Shown: positions 14,561 through 28,145 of the stretch, piece by piece
How positions within the stretch are numbered: position 1 is the stretch's first letter
How the letters are laid out: the number at the start of each line of letters is the position of its first letter
Assembly: GCF_006345805.1 (NCBI RefSeq)
Contig: NC_043012.1
Coordinates: 24,614,001 to 24,678,000, forward strand
Direction: 5' to 3'
DNA length: 64,000 bases
DNA from: Octopus sinensis
Lineage: Eukaryota
Made by a program: the position numbers and the translations under genes
The notes under the pieces: generated by a model
Seen by the model: the letters and a program-made list of their open reading frames with translations, nothing else
Database searches by the model: none
What the model was told of the DNA's origin: nothing

Positions 14561-15011
14561 ATACCTAAAATCTAAAATAAGTTCTAGTTATACCAGTTAT
14601 ACAAGTGGGATGGGTTATTGTCTTCATTCTGACATCTTGTATTCCATCATCCTACTTGAGTTAGCCTTGGTCTTTTGTGAATTAAAACCATTAATCAGTA
14701 CTCGTGCAGCCAGTTTAGCCATTCATGTGGCTATGATGATGTGTGTGGGGTGGTGTATACACATGTATACACACATATGTATATATGTGTGTGTGTATAT
14801 ATATATATATGTGTATATATGTGTATGCATGTATATACATATATATACATACGGGCGGCCGGGGGTGTTTGTCTCCCCTTCGTAAATGTATATAAGGACA
14901 CAGGAAATATGTGTCAAAGCCATCAGGAGGCGTCGATGCTTCCTAGGGCTAAAACAGCGGTGGTGTACCCCCCCCTACTGTCACGTTCGTGTTAGATTGA
15001 CAGTATACAAC

Positions 15012-15063
<52 letters not shown>

Positions 15064-15092
15064 AAATATATATGTATATACATATGTATATA

Positions 15093-15406
15093 TTGGCTTC
15101 TGTGCCGGTGGCACATAAAAAGCACCATCTGAACGTGGCCGATGCCAGTGCCGCCTTGACTGGCTTCCGTGCCAGCGGCATGTTAAAAGCACCAACTGAT
15201 CGTGGCCGATGCCAGACTCCCCTACAAAAAGCATCCACTACACTCGCGGAGTGGTTGGCATTAGGAAGGGCATCCAGCTGTAGAAACACTGCCAGATCAG
15301 ACTGGAGCCTGGTGCAGCCCCTGGCTTCCCAGACCCCGGTCGAACCGTCCAACCCGTGCTAGCGCGGAAAACAGACGTTAAACGATGAAGATGATGATGA
15401 TGATGA
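15093..15406 (+). mobile_element. SINE-like family C
   Basis: Same body and (GAT)n tail as 488-843; more decayed relatives at about 240-450 (-), 8840-9100 (-) and 36800-36955 (+). Confidence 0.8.
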
Positions 15407-15516
15407 TATATATATATGTCTATATATATGTCTGTATGTATATGTATATACATATATATATGTATATATATGTCTATATATATATATATATATATATAAA
15501 TATATATGTATGTATG

Positions 15517-15547
<31 letters not shown>

Positions 15548-15852
15548 ATTATACAACTGCAGCTTTTGCTCCTACAAGCACTGCTGATGCAGCAGTCGTG
15601 CTACTACTATTTCATCACCCTTCTCTTGCATTTAGTACTGTTGCTGCTGCTACTACTACTACTGCTAATGCTGCTACTACTACCACTTTTGCAACAACTC
15701 AACTGTTATTGGTGTTATTGCTGCTGTTTGAGGTTAATCTTTGCAATTTCTGCACACACAGGGGTTGTGTTGTAAATAACGCAGCTAGCAGTGTGATAGT
15801 TTATCTCTAATCTCAAACTTAACCCTAAAGCCACACGCTTCAGCTGAACCAG

Positions 15853-15859
15853 TATATAT

Positions 15860-15911
<52 letters not shown>

Positions 15912-15917
15912 ATATAC

Positions 15918-15978
<61 letters not shown>

Positions 15979-16002
15979 TATATATATATATAATATATTA
16001 TA

Positions 16003-16043
<41 letters not shown>

Positions 16044-16079
16044 TATATATATATATATATATAGATACATATATATACA

Positions 16080-16116
<37 letters not shown>

Positions 16117-16150
16117 ATTTAATATGTATATATACATATATATATATACA
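15853..16150. repeat. (TA)n microsatellite
   Basis: Seen directly; others at 41955-42110 and 43040-43383. Confidence 0.95.
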
Positions 16151-16151
16151 T

Positions 16152-16468
16152 GTGGAGGCGCAATGGCCCATTGGTTAGGGCAGCGGACTCACGGTCGTAG
16201 GATCGCGTTTTTCGATTCCCAGACCGAGCGAGCGTTGTCAGTGTTTATTGAGTGAAAACACCTAAAAGCTCCACAAAGCTCTGGCAGGGGGTGGTGATCT
16301 CTGCTGTATCTTTCAATCACTTCTTTCTTCTCCATTCTCTTTCTTTCTGTGGCCTGCTCGCTTTGCCAGCAGGGTGGCGTCATTCGAAGGCTAAAACAAT
16401 GCGAACGCATTGTGACCAGCGATGTATAACAACATCTGATGGACTGGTCGGTCACGTGATCATGTGAT
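16152..16468 (+). mobile_element. tRNA-derived SINE (family D)
   Basis: GGAGGCGCAATGGCCCATTGGTTAGGGCAGCGGACTC...TTCGATTCCC A/B-box-like head; GTCACGTGATCATGTGA tail; sits within (TA)n. Confidence 0.7.
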
Positions 16469-16488
16469 ATATATATACATATATATGT

Positions 16489-16526
<38 letters not shown>

Positions 16527-16844
16527 CACATACATATATGTATGTATGCATAGATAAATATTGAACATAGCCTTGTGGTGAGGGTGTTGTACTGATGACC
16601 GTGAGATTGTGGTTTCAATTCCTAGACCATTTGGTGCATTGTGTTCTTGAGCAAAACACTTCATGTCGCATTGTTCTGCAATCACTTTGACACCTAAAGA
16701 ACTGTCAAGGGTTGTAAATTAACTAAAACAAAGAAAAAAGAGAAATGAGCTTAGCGAATTAGCTCCAAGTGGCCAGTGGCATGTATTTGAACAACATAGG
16801 CGAATACAGGTATATTAAATACCCTGCAAGATAAATTCTTCATT

Positions 16845-17266
16845 TACTCTTTACTCTTTTACTTGTTTCAGTCATTTGACTGTGGCCATGCTGGAGCACC
16901 ACCTTTAATCGAGCAACTCGACCCCGGGACTTATTCTTTTGTAAGCCCAGTACTTATTCTATCAGTCTCTTTTGCCAAACTGCTAAGTAGTACGGGGACA
17001 TAAACACACCAGCATCGGTTGTCAAACAATGCTAGGGGGGACAAACACAGACACACACAAACACCACACACAACGCATATATATATATATACATATATAC
17101 GACGGGCTTCTTTCAGTTTCCGTCTTCTACCAAATCCACTCACAAGGCTTTGGTCGGCCTGAGGCTATAGTAGAAGAAACTTGCCCAAGATGCCACGCAA
17201 TGGGACTGAACCCGGAACCATGTGGTTGGTTAAAACAAGCTACTTACCACACAGCCACTCCTGCGC
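16845..17266 (-). mobile_element. SINE family A, near full length
   Basis: From the (TTTACTCT)n tail to the GCCACTCCTGCGCC head. Confidence 0.9.
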
Positions 17267-18427
17267 CTTTATTTAATAAACTTATCTCCACTTCTTAAGG
17301 ATGTATCGTAAGTACGTAATGGTAATTTAGACCAACTCCACTTGAGAAGGGGAGATAATCTTAAGATTCAAGTACTCTCCAAAACTGACATGCCATTAAG
17401 CGGGAGGAGAGCACTCCGCTCAAACATTTGTTTGGCCTTCTTTGGCTGTAGACACATTCACTTAGAGCAAGCAGTGGCTGACATCACAGAGAAAATATCA
17501 AAGGCAAATACACCTTCTGATATGCTTAACATTGACCTTTCATGTTCTGAGTTCAAATGATGTTGAAGTTAAATCTCTCATTCATCCCTTCTTGGTCAAT
17601 GGAACAAGCACTTGTTTGATAATGAGATCTTTTTTTTTTTTTGGTCATCCATAAACCTTTAACTCTGAAATTTGTGGCTGCAGGTCTCTGCGTTAACAAT
17701 CTGTAATATTGTAGAAGTACTAGCAGACTCTCAGAGAACTGGGACGCTCAGCAGCATTTCTTGATGTTCTTTGGATTCTGAGTTCAAATTCTGAGGGGCG
17801 TGGGGCAGTCGCCGATGTAATCATCTAGTCCCCCCTCCCCTCAAAATTACTGGCTTTTTGCTCAAAATTAGTAAGGGCTATTGCAAGAGAACTGATTAAG
17901 TAGGTAACTAAATGCTTCTCCCAAGCATTTTCCCCTGCCCCTTGGGCATTTTCACTTCAAATCCTGTTTGAATTAACTTCACTTTTCAACTGTCTGCAGA
18001 TAAAAAATAAGCTACCTACCAGTAATATACTAGGGGAGTGTGGCTCTAATTGACGAACTAAAGCCAACTGCGTACATGTACTTGTGGCCACGTGCCAAAG
18101 GATGAAGTCATTGCAATGGCCATTGTTTTAACAGTAGTAGTAGTAGTAGTGGTGGTGGTGGTGGTGGTGGTGGTGGAAGTGGTGGTGATTCTTGTTGGTG
18201 TTACTGCTGTTATGCCCTGTCAGATAGAAAGCTCCTTAAGTTAGTGTTGTAATCTGCAAAAGAGTGAAATGGTATAATAATAATAACAATAATGATGATA
18301 ATAATAATAATAATGGCCTTTATCATCATATATGCTGAATGTGAGATTATCACACAACTTCGGATTAACTAATCGGACATTCTCTCTCTCTCTTCCTCCC
18401 CCCTTCTCTCAATCTCTCTCACACACT

Positions 18428-18464
<37 letters not shown>

Positions 18465-20006
18465 CTTCTTTCTACCTTCGGCGCCACCACCACCACCACC
18501 ACCATCCATCGATGTCAGCAACCGGACATTCACATAGGCTTATGTTACAGCACAACAGACACAGACACACAGACACACATACACAGAAGCTCGCACGTAA
18601 CGAACCAACAACAGGCACACACACACACGCACACACGCACATGTCTACGCATACGTACAACCTACAATACATTCACGCGCACACAGGTAAGAGAAACTGT
18701 GACAAACACACATACACAGAACATCAGAGGACAACCTCATCGTCGTCGTCGTGGTCGTCCACGTATCACTTGGCAGTCTTTTGTGTAGACAGCTGTTCCA
18801 GGTGTTACTAATTACAAGACCACGAAGTCTGTGTGTGTGTGTGTGTGGTGTGTATGTGTGTGTGTGTGCGTGCGCGCGTGAGTGTGCGTATGCGCGCACT
18901 GTGTCACGCTGATATTTCTGCCCCCGAGAGTACGTTATGAGTACACGTACCTGGGAGGAGATACTCAGCCACTTTAACGTTAATTTCAACAAACGAGAAG
19001 TTAGTACAGTTGTCCGGACAGGAGGAATAAGCTATCGTCGAAAACGACGGAGATTCATTTATTTTTGTACTCTGCAATATTGTATATAATCAACACACAC
19101 AAATGTGCGTGTGTGTATATTTGTCTGTATACATACATACGAGCCAAGAGCTCGTAAAGTGAGACCGAGATAAAAAAAAAACGTTCACCCTGAACGAGGC
19201 ACCTGTCCATAGTAGGGTTGGTTCAAGCCCAATAATTTTCAGTGAGAGGAGGATAAGCTAAACCCTTTATAATTTCCCTAAGGTAATCCCATAAACCGGC
19301 CTTCCCCATTTTTAACCCATATTTATCTTGGTATATAATCCATCGTATGTATTTGCCCGCGCGCGTGTGTATATAAATGCACGCACACACACATACAGAG
19401 ACACAGGTGCTCTCACAAACGTAGGGATAGGTTGGCAGTCATACGGCGGACCTTTGGTCAGTCAGCTCCATGCATGGACCGCCGTTTGTTTGTGTGGACG
19501 GGTTTCCTTAGACAGGACAATATATTCCTGTACGGCTCGTCTTGTCTCGCTGTATTCCAACTAACTTAGCGGCAGGAAATGCGTATAAAATCTAATTCTA
19601 TTATCCTGTATAGAATGCGCTGTAACAGACGATGACTTATCTCCGTTTAATAATCCCCTTCATCGTCATTTCACTTCACGGGACTAATTAATGTTCTTTC
19701 AAAGCATCAAAACCCCTTCGGACACATCACTACTGAGGCCTGCTCTCCATGTAAATAAATACATCTTCGACGAATTTGTTTATTTTACAGTAAATACTGT
19801 GCTGTTGGTAGTTTATAGATAGATAAATATATTTGAGATGTTTTGATATACATTTTCTAAAAAATCCGAACGAACGTCTTTGTACACAGTGTTTAGTTTC
19901 CATCTTTCAATATCTCAACGAGCCTTTTACGGTTGCCCAACATGCTAGAAACAACAGCTAAATAAATCTCAAATTACAACCTGCTATGCAGATCAGTGGT
20001 TCTAGT

Positions 20007-20193
20007 ACCTATTTCTTTATTACCCACAAGGGGCTAAACATAGAGGGGACAAACAAGGACAGACATAGGTATTAAGTCGATTACATCGACCCCAGTGCGG
20101 AACTGGTACTTAATTTATCGACCCCGAAAGGATGAAAGGCAAAGTCGACCTCGGCGGAATTTGAACTCAGAACGTAACGGCAGACGAAATACC
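20007..20193 (-). mobile_element. SINE family B, single headless unit
   Basis: Runs exactly from GGTATTTCGTC to AAGAAATAGGT on minus. Confidence 0.85.
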
Positions 20194-20557
20194 CCGCCGC
20201 TATAAGGGGATGTTGTGATTTGATGTGGGAGCGATGGGTGTTTAGCGAGGACTGATGGTGTGTCTTAGAAACTCTTTTAGTGAGGGCGCGTACCTTAGTG
20301 GTTTGGATGTTGCATTTACAATTACAAAATTGTGGTTTCGATTCTCAGGCTGAGCAGTGTCTAGTGGACCCGAGCAAAAAAACAATTAATTTCAAGTTGC
20401 CACAGTGTAGTTAACCGTAATAAGTAACCTTGTAACGGATTGGTGCCCCGTCCTGGATGAATGGTGTCATCTTGGTCCCTTACACACCTTGGAAACCGGA
20501 TAACCGGCCCCCAATGAGTCCCGGGACCCGAAACAATATCTTTTATGTTTCATCACT

Positions 20558-20916
20558 CTACTTGTTTCAGTTACGGGACTGCAGCCATGCTGGGGCATCG
20601 GCTTGAAGAATTTTTAGCCGAAAGAATCGGCCTGAGTAATTATTTTTTTTTAAAGCCAGGTACTTATTCTATCGTTCTCTTTAACCGAACCGCTATGTTA
20701 CAGGGCATAACAACACCGGTTGTCAAGCGGGAGTGGTGGACAAAGACAGACACACACACACACACGACGGGCTTCTCTCAGTTTCCGTCTACTATATCCA
20801 CTCACAGGGCTTTGATCGGTCTGATCAAATAGCAGAAGACACTTGTCCAAGGTGCCACGCAGTGGAACTGAACCTGGAACCGCGTGGTTGGGAAGCAAGC
20901 CTCTTACCACACAGCC
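20558..20916 (-). mobile_element. SINE family A
   Basis: Family consensus on the minus strand. Confidence 0.85.
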
Positions 20917-22118
20917 TCATTTTTCACTCCTTTCATACTTCGAAGGGGACGGGTGAAAAAAAAATTGTTCGGGTCCAACACAATTTCAGTCTATAAATAC
21001 TCGGTCGGTCTTGCATCTTGATTGGACGGATAACTGTGATGGTCGTGGTTGGAACTGAATGCTTTCAATAAATAAGCTTGCTTTATCTGGATTAACCCGG
21101 TTCTAAACAACAACAACAACAACAACAGCAACCTATTTTTCTTACCTAATCTATTCTTTTTTTTCTATCTATGTTAATTTAGATTGGCGAAACAGGATCT
21201 TATAAAGCCTTTGTTTATCTTATTATCCGCGCGAGCGACTTGGGGCTTCCTTCTTGGGTCGAATAGTTTAGTTCTTCAATTGGTGATCGTTGTCCGTCAC
21301 CATTTCCCCCATCCCACCACTATCTCCGCCACCACCACACCACCACCATCATCATTATCATCGACAATAGAAGTATACCGTACATACACTTACTAGTAGT
21401 ACACGTCGCTTCCCCCTCCATAAATGCGGTGTTCTAAATCAGAAGCCAAAATTTATTTTTAAATAATGCAATTACTACAACAAACAAACCCAAACAAAAG
21501 CGACAATAACAAAGAAAAAAAGAGCAATGCCCACAAACACACACACACTCACTCACACATACACACACACGCACATACTGCATACATGATACGTACGCAC
21601 ACACTAGAAACAGCGTACAGCACACGCGCACTCGTTAACCTTTACCGAGCCACGGAGCAGTGCTATATAGGAAGGGAGATAACTTCGACGGTCTTTATCG
21701 ACGACAGCATTTAGGATGAAAACATTTCGCCTCTGCGTGAATTAAGCATGGAATGGTCGCTTTTAATTGCGTCGTGGTTTCTAAGACATATAAGCAAATG
21801 AAAACGTGTGTGTGTGTGTGTGCAAGGCAGGGTGGTGATGTTACCATAGAGACAACGACAAATTTATTCATTTAAATAATAATGTAGCGAAAAAAAAATG
21901 AATTAAGTTCTGTTATACATGTGGGATGTATCTACATGTGGGATGTTTGATGGATGGAAGGAAGTTTTATTATATGGGTTCTTAGTAATCGGTTAGGGTT
22001 TTATTTTATTGACCCTGGTGGGGAAAAGAAAGGTATAGTTAGCTTAGGTGAGATTTGAACATGGATTGTCAAAAAAAGCCCTGACTAAAATAAGATATTT
22101 TTGTCCGGCATTTCAACA

Positions 22119-22149
<31 letters not shown>

Positions 22150-22778
22150 TGTATGTATGCATGTGTGTATGAATGTATGTATGAATGTATGTATGTATGT
22201 ATGCATGTATGTATGTATGAATGTATGTATGAATGTATGTATGTATGCATGTGTGTATGAATGTATGTATGTATGAATGTATGTATGTATGTATGAATGT
22301 ATGTATGTATGTATGTGTGTATGCATGCATGTATGTATGTATGTATGTATGCGTGGATGGTTGGATAGATGGACAGGTGGCCATTGCAGTGGAAGACAAA
22401 GACATACGCATTTATATAGAAGCTGTCCTGCGCGCGCACACACACAGGGTTTCGATCAAGTGGATTCACTTGAGAAAGCATTGCTCGACGCGGGTCTATA
22501 GCTGAAGACACTTGCCCAAACCGAAGCCATGTGGTCACAAAGCCAGCTTCCTAAACACACAGCCCAGCCACTTCTCACTTCCAATCCTTTTTTACTTCAA
22601 TTCCCCCATCATATTTCATATCGATCTATCGATCCGAATAAACTGCCTGCGTCAGTTGTTGACTGCCATGACACTGCATCCTTTAAGGCCCTCATGCTTT
22701 CCGAAATCCGTCGAAACTACACCTGATTATATATGCACTTTAGATGAGTTGTAGTGCACCTGAGCACTGTACACAATG

Positions 22779-22847
<69 letters not shown>

Positions 22848-23280
22848 ACGCGATCCATAGGTTCCTCTGAGTCCATTTTCTTACAAAAGTTCAAAGTAGG
22901 TTCTCATGCATTGATGACCAGGTTTTCCCCTCTTTCTCCCCCTCTCTTCCTCATGCCATCACACTTAGAAGTCCCGTAAGGAAAAGTCATTCTAGCGGGA
23001 TTCCTTTCGTTTTCTCTTTTTTTTTGCTCCGCTGACTTAACTCAAAATAAAACTTTAAAAAATAGTTTGTATTTTCTCGCTGCTTTCACGTTCTGTTCTA
23101 CTATTGTCCTTGTTACATTATTATTCCTTGAAAACGTAAAATCGAATCATACTTATAAAGTATTTGAATAGATTTTTAAAAATAATAATAACTAAAGGAC
23201 CAGCTATCCGAGTTTAAGTAAGAAAAACGTGGGCGGCCATCGGTGCCTGTTGCTGGAGACGTGGTCGGTTTCTTCATGAT

Positions 23281-23478
23281 GCAAAATGCTTAGCGGTATT
23301 TCGTCTGTCTTTACGTTCTGAGTTCAAATTCCGCCGAGATCGACTTTGCCTTTCATCCTTTCGGGGTCGATAAATTAAGTACCAGTTACGCATTGGGGTC
23401 GATGTAATCGACTTAATACCTATGTCTGTCCTTGTTTGTCCCCTCTGTGTTTAGCCCCTTGTGGGCAATAAAGAAATA
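23281..23478 (+). mobile_element. SINE family B with 14-bp TSD
   Basis: TSD GGTTTCTTCATGAT at 23267-23280 and 23479-23492. Confidence 0.92.
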
Positions 23479-24615
23479 GGTTTCTTCATGATCTGGTGGT
23501 ACTGAAAACTTCGACAATCTTTAGAAGAAAAATCTACAACGGTTATATCATAGTAAAAACTGTCTTAAGCTCTAGTATTTAATCGGTCGGTCACCTGGTT
23601 TCTATGGCGTATAAGAGACTAAGATCAAAGGATTCCGCTCGAATAGGACGTCAATCCATCCGTGGGTTGGTGTAACGTGAATTGAAGTGTTTGGCTCAAG
23701 AACACAATGTGCATCTCTGTTCGGGGATCTCGCGTGGCCTAACCACTCGGCCACGATGTAGGCTTTTTCTGAAGGCCACCAAAGTACTGACTGGTCATGT
23801 TTATTGTACGATTTTCTCCACTCAGATGTGGAGTCCATCTTTCATCCTTCCACAGTAGCAAAAAAAATAGAGAGCCAGTGCGCCCAATTTCATCGACTAA
23901 TCCTTATCTTAAGAATTTCGGGGCTTGTGCGTGTATATGGGAAACATCGTCATTGTTAATAGCCCCGAGATAAGGAGTCAAGCTGGCAGAATTGTCAACT
24001 CGTTGTATAACATGCTTGAGCGGCATTTCTTGTGGCTTTACGTTCTGAGTTCAAATTCCGGAAAGGTCGACTTCTCTTCATCCTTTCAGAGTCGATAGAG
24101 ACCAGTCTAGATATAATCGACTAAACCCCTTTGCGTAAAAAAATTCCATGCTTTGTGCCTAGAGTAGAATGGATTATTAGAATGAGACACCTTAGTAATT
24201 ATGCATTCTTTCAACGGTCGATCGTCCTCACGCGATCAAAAAGACGTAATAAAACAACCAGTTTTATTTGTGTATTTTTCTTTCGTTTTGCTGAAAACAT
24301 GAAGAACATTTTTCACCGATTGGGGACAAGGGATGAGGAGCGGGGTCTCAGATGCCCTGGGACGCTCTTAGAAATTACTACAGCACCAGAGATTTTAGTG
24401 TCTAATATGATTTAGTCGGATGGTGCATCTCATTTATCGTTTTTTCATAATACGGGTGCCCTTCCATTAAATTCACGGAGGGTCCCGTCAACTGGAGGAG
24501 ATGAAGTGGGGAAAGTAATATTGCTTACTTGTTAAATGAATCGCAATAACTCAGTCTTCGGTGATGCAATAGGGCTGCTCGCAATCAATCAATCAATCAA
24601 TCAATCAACCAATCA

Positions 24616-24704
<89 letters not shown>

Positions 24705-24807
24705 CATATATATGTGTGTGTGTATATATATATATATATATTGATAGAAATGGCAAGACAACAAAAGAATGAAAGAGACCTCGATATTATGTAAATAGAG
24801 GAATTTA

Positions 24808-24931
24808 TGTGTAAATATAATAGTGACAATTATTCGGTAGCCTTGATAAAAATCCGAGTTTCCGCCCTGACATCCGAAACTCGGAGTTTTATCATGGCTA
24901 CCGAATAATTGTCACATATTATATTTACACA
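24808..24931. repeat. Hairpin with ~55-bp arms and a 13-nt loop
   Basis: 24808-24862 pairs with 24876-24931 with few mismatches. Confidence 0.9.
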
Positions 24932-24954
24932 CACACACATATATATATATCAAC

Positions 24955-25150
24955 ATGTGACCTCGTGAGCACCGCCAGCAATTTTTTTCCTCTGTCTTCC
25001 CTTCTCGGGATCTTTCCTTCTCCTTTGTTTCCGACGAAGAGCTCCGCTCGAAACGTTAAACCCTCCTTCTTCCCTTCTTTCCTCTGCGTCCAATAATACT
25101 TTATTTGTTCCACGTCCTCGCGTTGCTGTGTTTTTTTGTGTTTTCTTTAT
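24955..25150 (+). mobile_element. Short hammerhead-bearing repeat, copy 2
   Basis: Same family as 4390-4617; embedded in (CA)/(TA) tracts. Confidence 0.75.
25027..25061 (+). ncRNA. Minimal hammerhead ribozyme, variant core
   Basis: GTTT-CCGACGA-A-GAGC-tcc-GCTC-GAAA-CG-TT-AAAC; paralogue of 4478-4514 with U4C in the core and a GTT triplet. Confidence 0.6.
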
Positions 25151-25667
25151 ATATATATATACGCACGCACACATGTACATATACACACATTCTCGCTTTT
25201 CTCATTAGGAAGCACGTGAGTCAGTATACACACACACACACGTATTGTTCACGTCAAACGTCTGTCATGTATTCAGGGGATGTGGGTTCGTGCCTTCGGC
25301 GATTTCAAGCCAAACGGTTCTTAACCTTTATAACTTGGTTTTCCTTAGAGATTCACCATTTCTAAGAAACACACACACACACACACGAACCAGAGGCAAA
25401 AGGCTAAACGGTGTCGTGTCATTGTCAAAAGTGTAAAAGTGTAAAAGCCTTTTTCTCCGCCAAGATGCGGAGTCAGCCCGCAATTTTTTTTTTATAGATT
25501 CACAACCCAGTCGTTTCACCTGCGGCGGAGGTTACCAAGGAGATAACCAGCTAAGCATCCAACTATCCCGCTCACTTGCTCGTCCTATACTCAACATCCC
25601 ACCGCTGTAGTGATCGTAGGTCGTCCTTGCCTAAATTCACTGTTGGACGTCCACTGGTGTGTGTGTG

Positions 25668-25724
<57 letters not shown>

Positions 25725-25849
25725 GATGAAGGGACTGAAGTATCACTAGCTAGAAAATTGACAGATCTATATATCTAGGTATCCCCACTTTTTCCACTCT
25801 TTGTTTTATCTGCTTACACACACACACACATGTATATAATAAAAGGGGT

Positions 25850-25869
25850 AGACAGACAGACAGACAAAC

Positions 25870-25960
<91 letters not shown>

Positions 25961-26075
25961 CAGACAGATAGAAGGACAGATAGATAGATAGGTAGATAGA
26001 TAGATAGATAGATAGATGGATAGATAGATAGAAGGACAGATAGATAGAAGGACAGATAGATAGAAGGATAGATAA

Positions 26076-26106
<31 letters not shown>

Positions 26107-26142
26107 GAAGGACAGATAGATAGAAGGACAGATAGATAGATA
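25850..26142. repeat. (GATA)n microsatellite
   Basis: Seen directly. Confidence 0.95.
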
Positions 26143-26879
26143 GGTATGGGGGTTTAACAAGGGGGAAGAAATATTCTGTGAAAGGGAACGCGTTTCTTTA
26201 TTGTGTATGTGTAAATGACTCCCTCCCCTCTCCTGAACCCTTCCCCTGTTCCCTTATTCCTCTCTCTCTCTCTCCTTCCCTCATTTTTTGTTCCAGCAGC
26301 TGCCTGTCTTTGCTGTTTATATATGTATTATATATATATATATATATATAGTTTTTGAAGCTAGCCTTTAAAAGCAACAAGCTTTCTCTCTCCTTGGTGA
26401 CCATCAGTGCAGGCGACTGCTGTTGCTGCGGCGTGTGGCAGCGGCGGCGGCGGCGGCGGTGGTGGTGGTGGTGGGGTCTAGGGGACACCTACTCTAATAC
26501 CAACACCTCCTCCTCCTCCTCCTCCTCCTCCTCCTCCTTTCTTTCACTCTCTCTCCGCCTTCCCTCCCTCGACACCCAGCCCCATAGCATGCAACAGTTG
26601 CCATAAAAGTACTCGTTGACAGTTTGTCCTCCTCCTCCCCTAACTACATCGTTACCCTCCCCTCTCTCTCTCTCTCTCTCTCTCTCTAACTTTGTCGTCC
26701 AGGTCCTCCCATCTGCCACTACCACCACCACCCACCTGTGAAACGCAAGGCTGCTGTTTCGAATCTCCATATCTTGCCTTTTGTTTTTTCTTTTGTTTTA
26801 TTTCTTTCATATAAGTTCCCCCATTCTTAATCACCTTTCTACAGTCGAGAATATTGGAGACGTGTGGGGACGGGGGGGC

Positions 26880-27740
26880 GCAGTGGTGGTGGTGGTTATG
26901 ACGGTAGTGGTGGTGGTGGTGGTGGTGGTGGTAGTGCTAGGTGTTATAGTAGCAATGGTGTGATTTTTGATGACAAGCTGCGATCTTGGTTTTGGGGTAT
27001 GATGAGGGTGGAAGCGGCGGTAGCGTTTGGTGGTGGTTATGGTATGGTGGGGTGGTGTTAGTGCAAGGGTTATAGTAGCAATGGTGGTGGTTTTGATGAC
27101 ATTGCTGCGATCTTGGTTTCTGGGTATGATGAGGGTGGGGAAGCGGCGGTAGCGGTGGTGGTGGTTATGATGGTAGTGGTGGTGGTGGTAGTGCTAGGGT
27201 TATAGTAGCAATGGTGTGGTGGTGGTGGTGGTTTTGATGACAATTGCTGCGATCTTGTTTGGGATGATGAGGGTGGCAACGGCGGTAGCGGTGGTGGTGG
27301 TTATGATGGTAGTGGTGGTGGTGGTAGTGCTAGGTGTTATAGTAGCAATGGTGGTGGTGGTGGTGGTGGTTTGGATGACAATTGCTGCGATCTTGGTTTC
27401 TGGGTATGATGAGGGTGGCAACGGCGGTAGCGGTGGTGGTGGTTATGATGGTAGTGGTGGTGGTAGTGCTAGGTGTTATAGTAGCAATGGTGGTGTGGTG
27501 GTGTGGTGTTTTGATGACAATTGCTGCGATCTTGGTTTCTGGGTATGATGAGGGTGGCAACGGCGGTAGCGGTGGTGGTGGTTATGATGGTAGTGGTGGT
27601 GGTAGTGCTAGGTGTTATAGTAGCAATGGTGGTGGTGGTGGTTTTGGTGACAATTGCTCCGATCTTGGTTTCTGGGTATGATGAGGGTGGCAACGGCGCG
27701 GTAGCGGCGGCGGTGGTGGTGGTGGTGGTGGTGGTGGTTG
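26880..27740. repeat. Minisatellite, about six units of 128-140 bp with embedded (GGT)n
   Basis: TAGTGCTAGGTGTTATAGTAGCAATGG...GACAATTGCTGCGATCTTGGTTTCTGGGTATGATGAGGGTGG recurs at about 26932, 27059, 27189, 27325, 27464 and 27603. Confidence 0.9.
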
Positions 27741-28145
27741 CATAAAACCCCTCCCCCCCACCGCTTATTATACCATATGTAATGCCTCTTTACTACCTAA
27801 TGTGAATGTATATAATATTAAATGTTGACTTGTATTGCTGCTGACAAACAGCCCTATTTATCGCGGTCACTGACCTTCTTATTAAACAATAAGGAGGGTA
27901 AGCGGGACTTGTTTGTAAGGCTTTCATCATACTGTGGCCTTTTGGTACATTTTGGAGAAGAAGAAGAAGGAGAAAGAAAGAAAAATAAGCTTTTGAAGGC
28001 AAAACATTGTCTCCGTCACCTGTTTGCCATTCAAAACATAAATAATGCACTTTACAAAATGTATTGAGTTCTTTCTTCAGCTGATGGGTTTTATATTCAT
28101 TCTTATAATGTTCTATAAACATTATCATAATTTAAAAAAATTTTT

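Noticed and set aside
19405-19625. Possible exon next to the 18951-19071 candidate
   Set aside because: All three minus frames contain stops and the plus frame has no recognisable homology.
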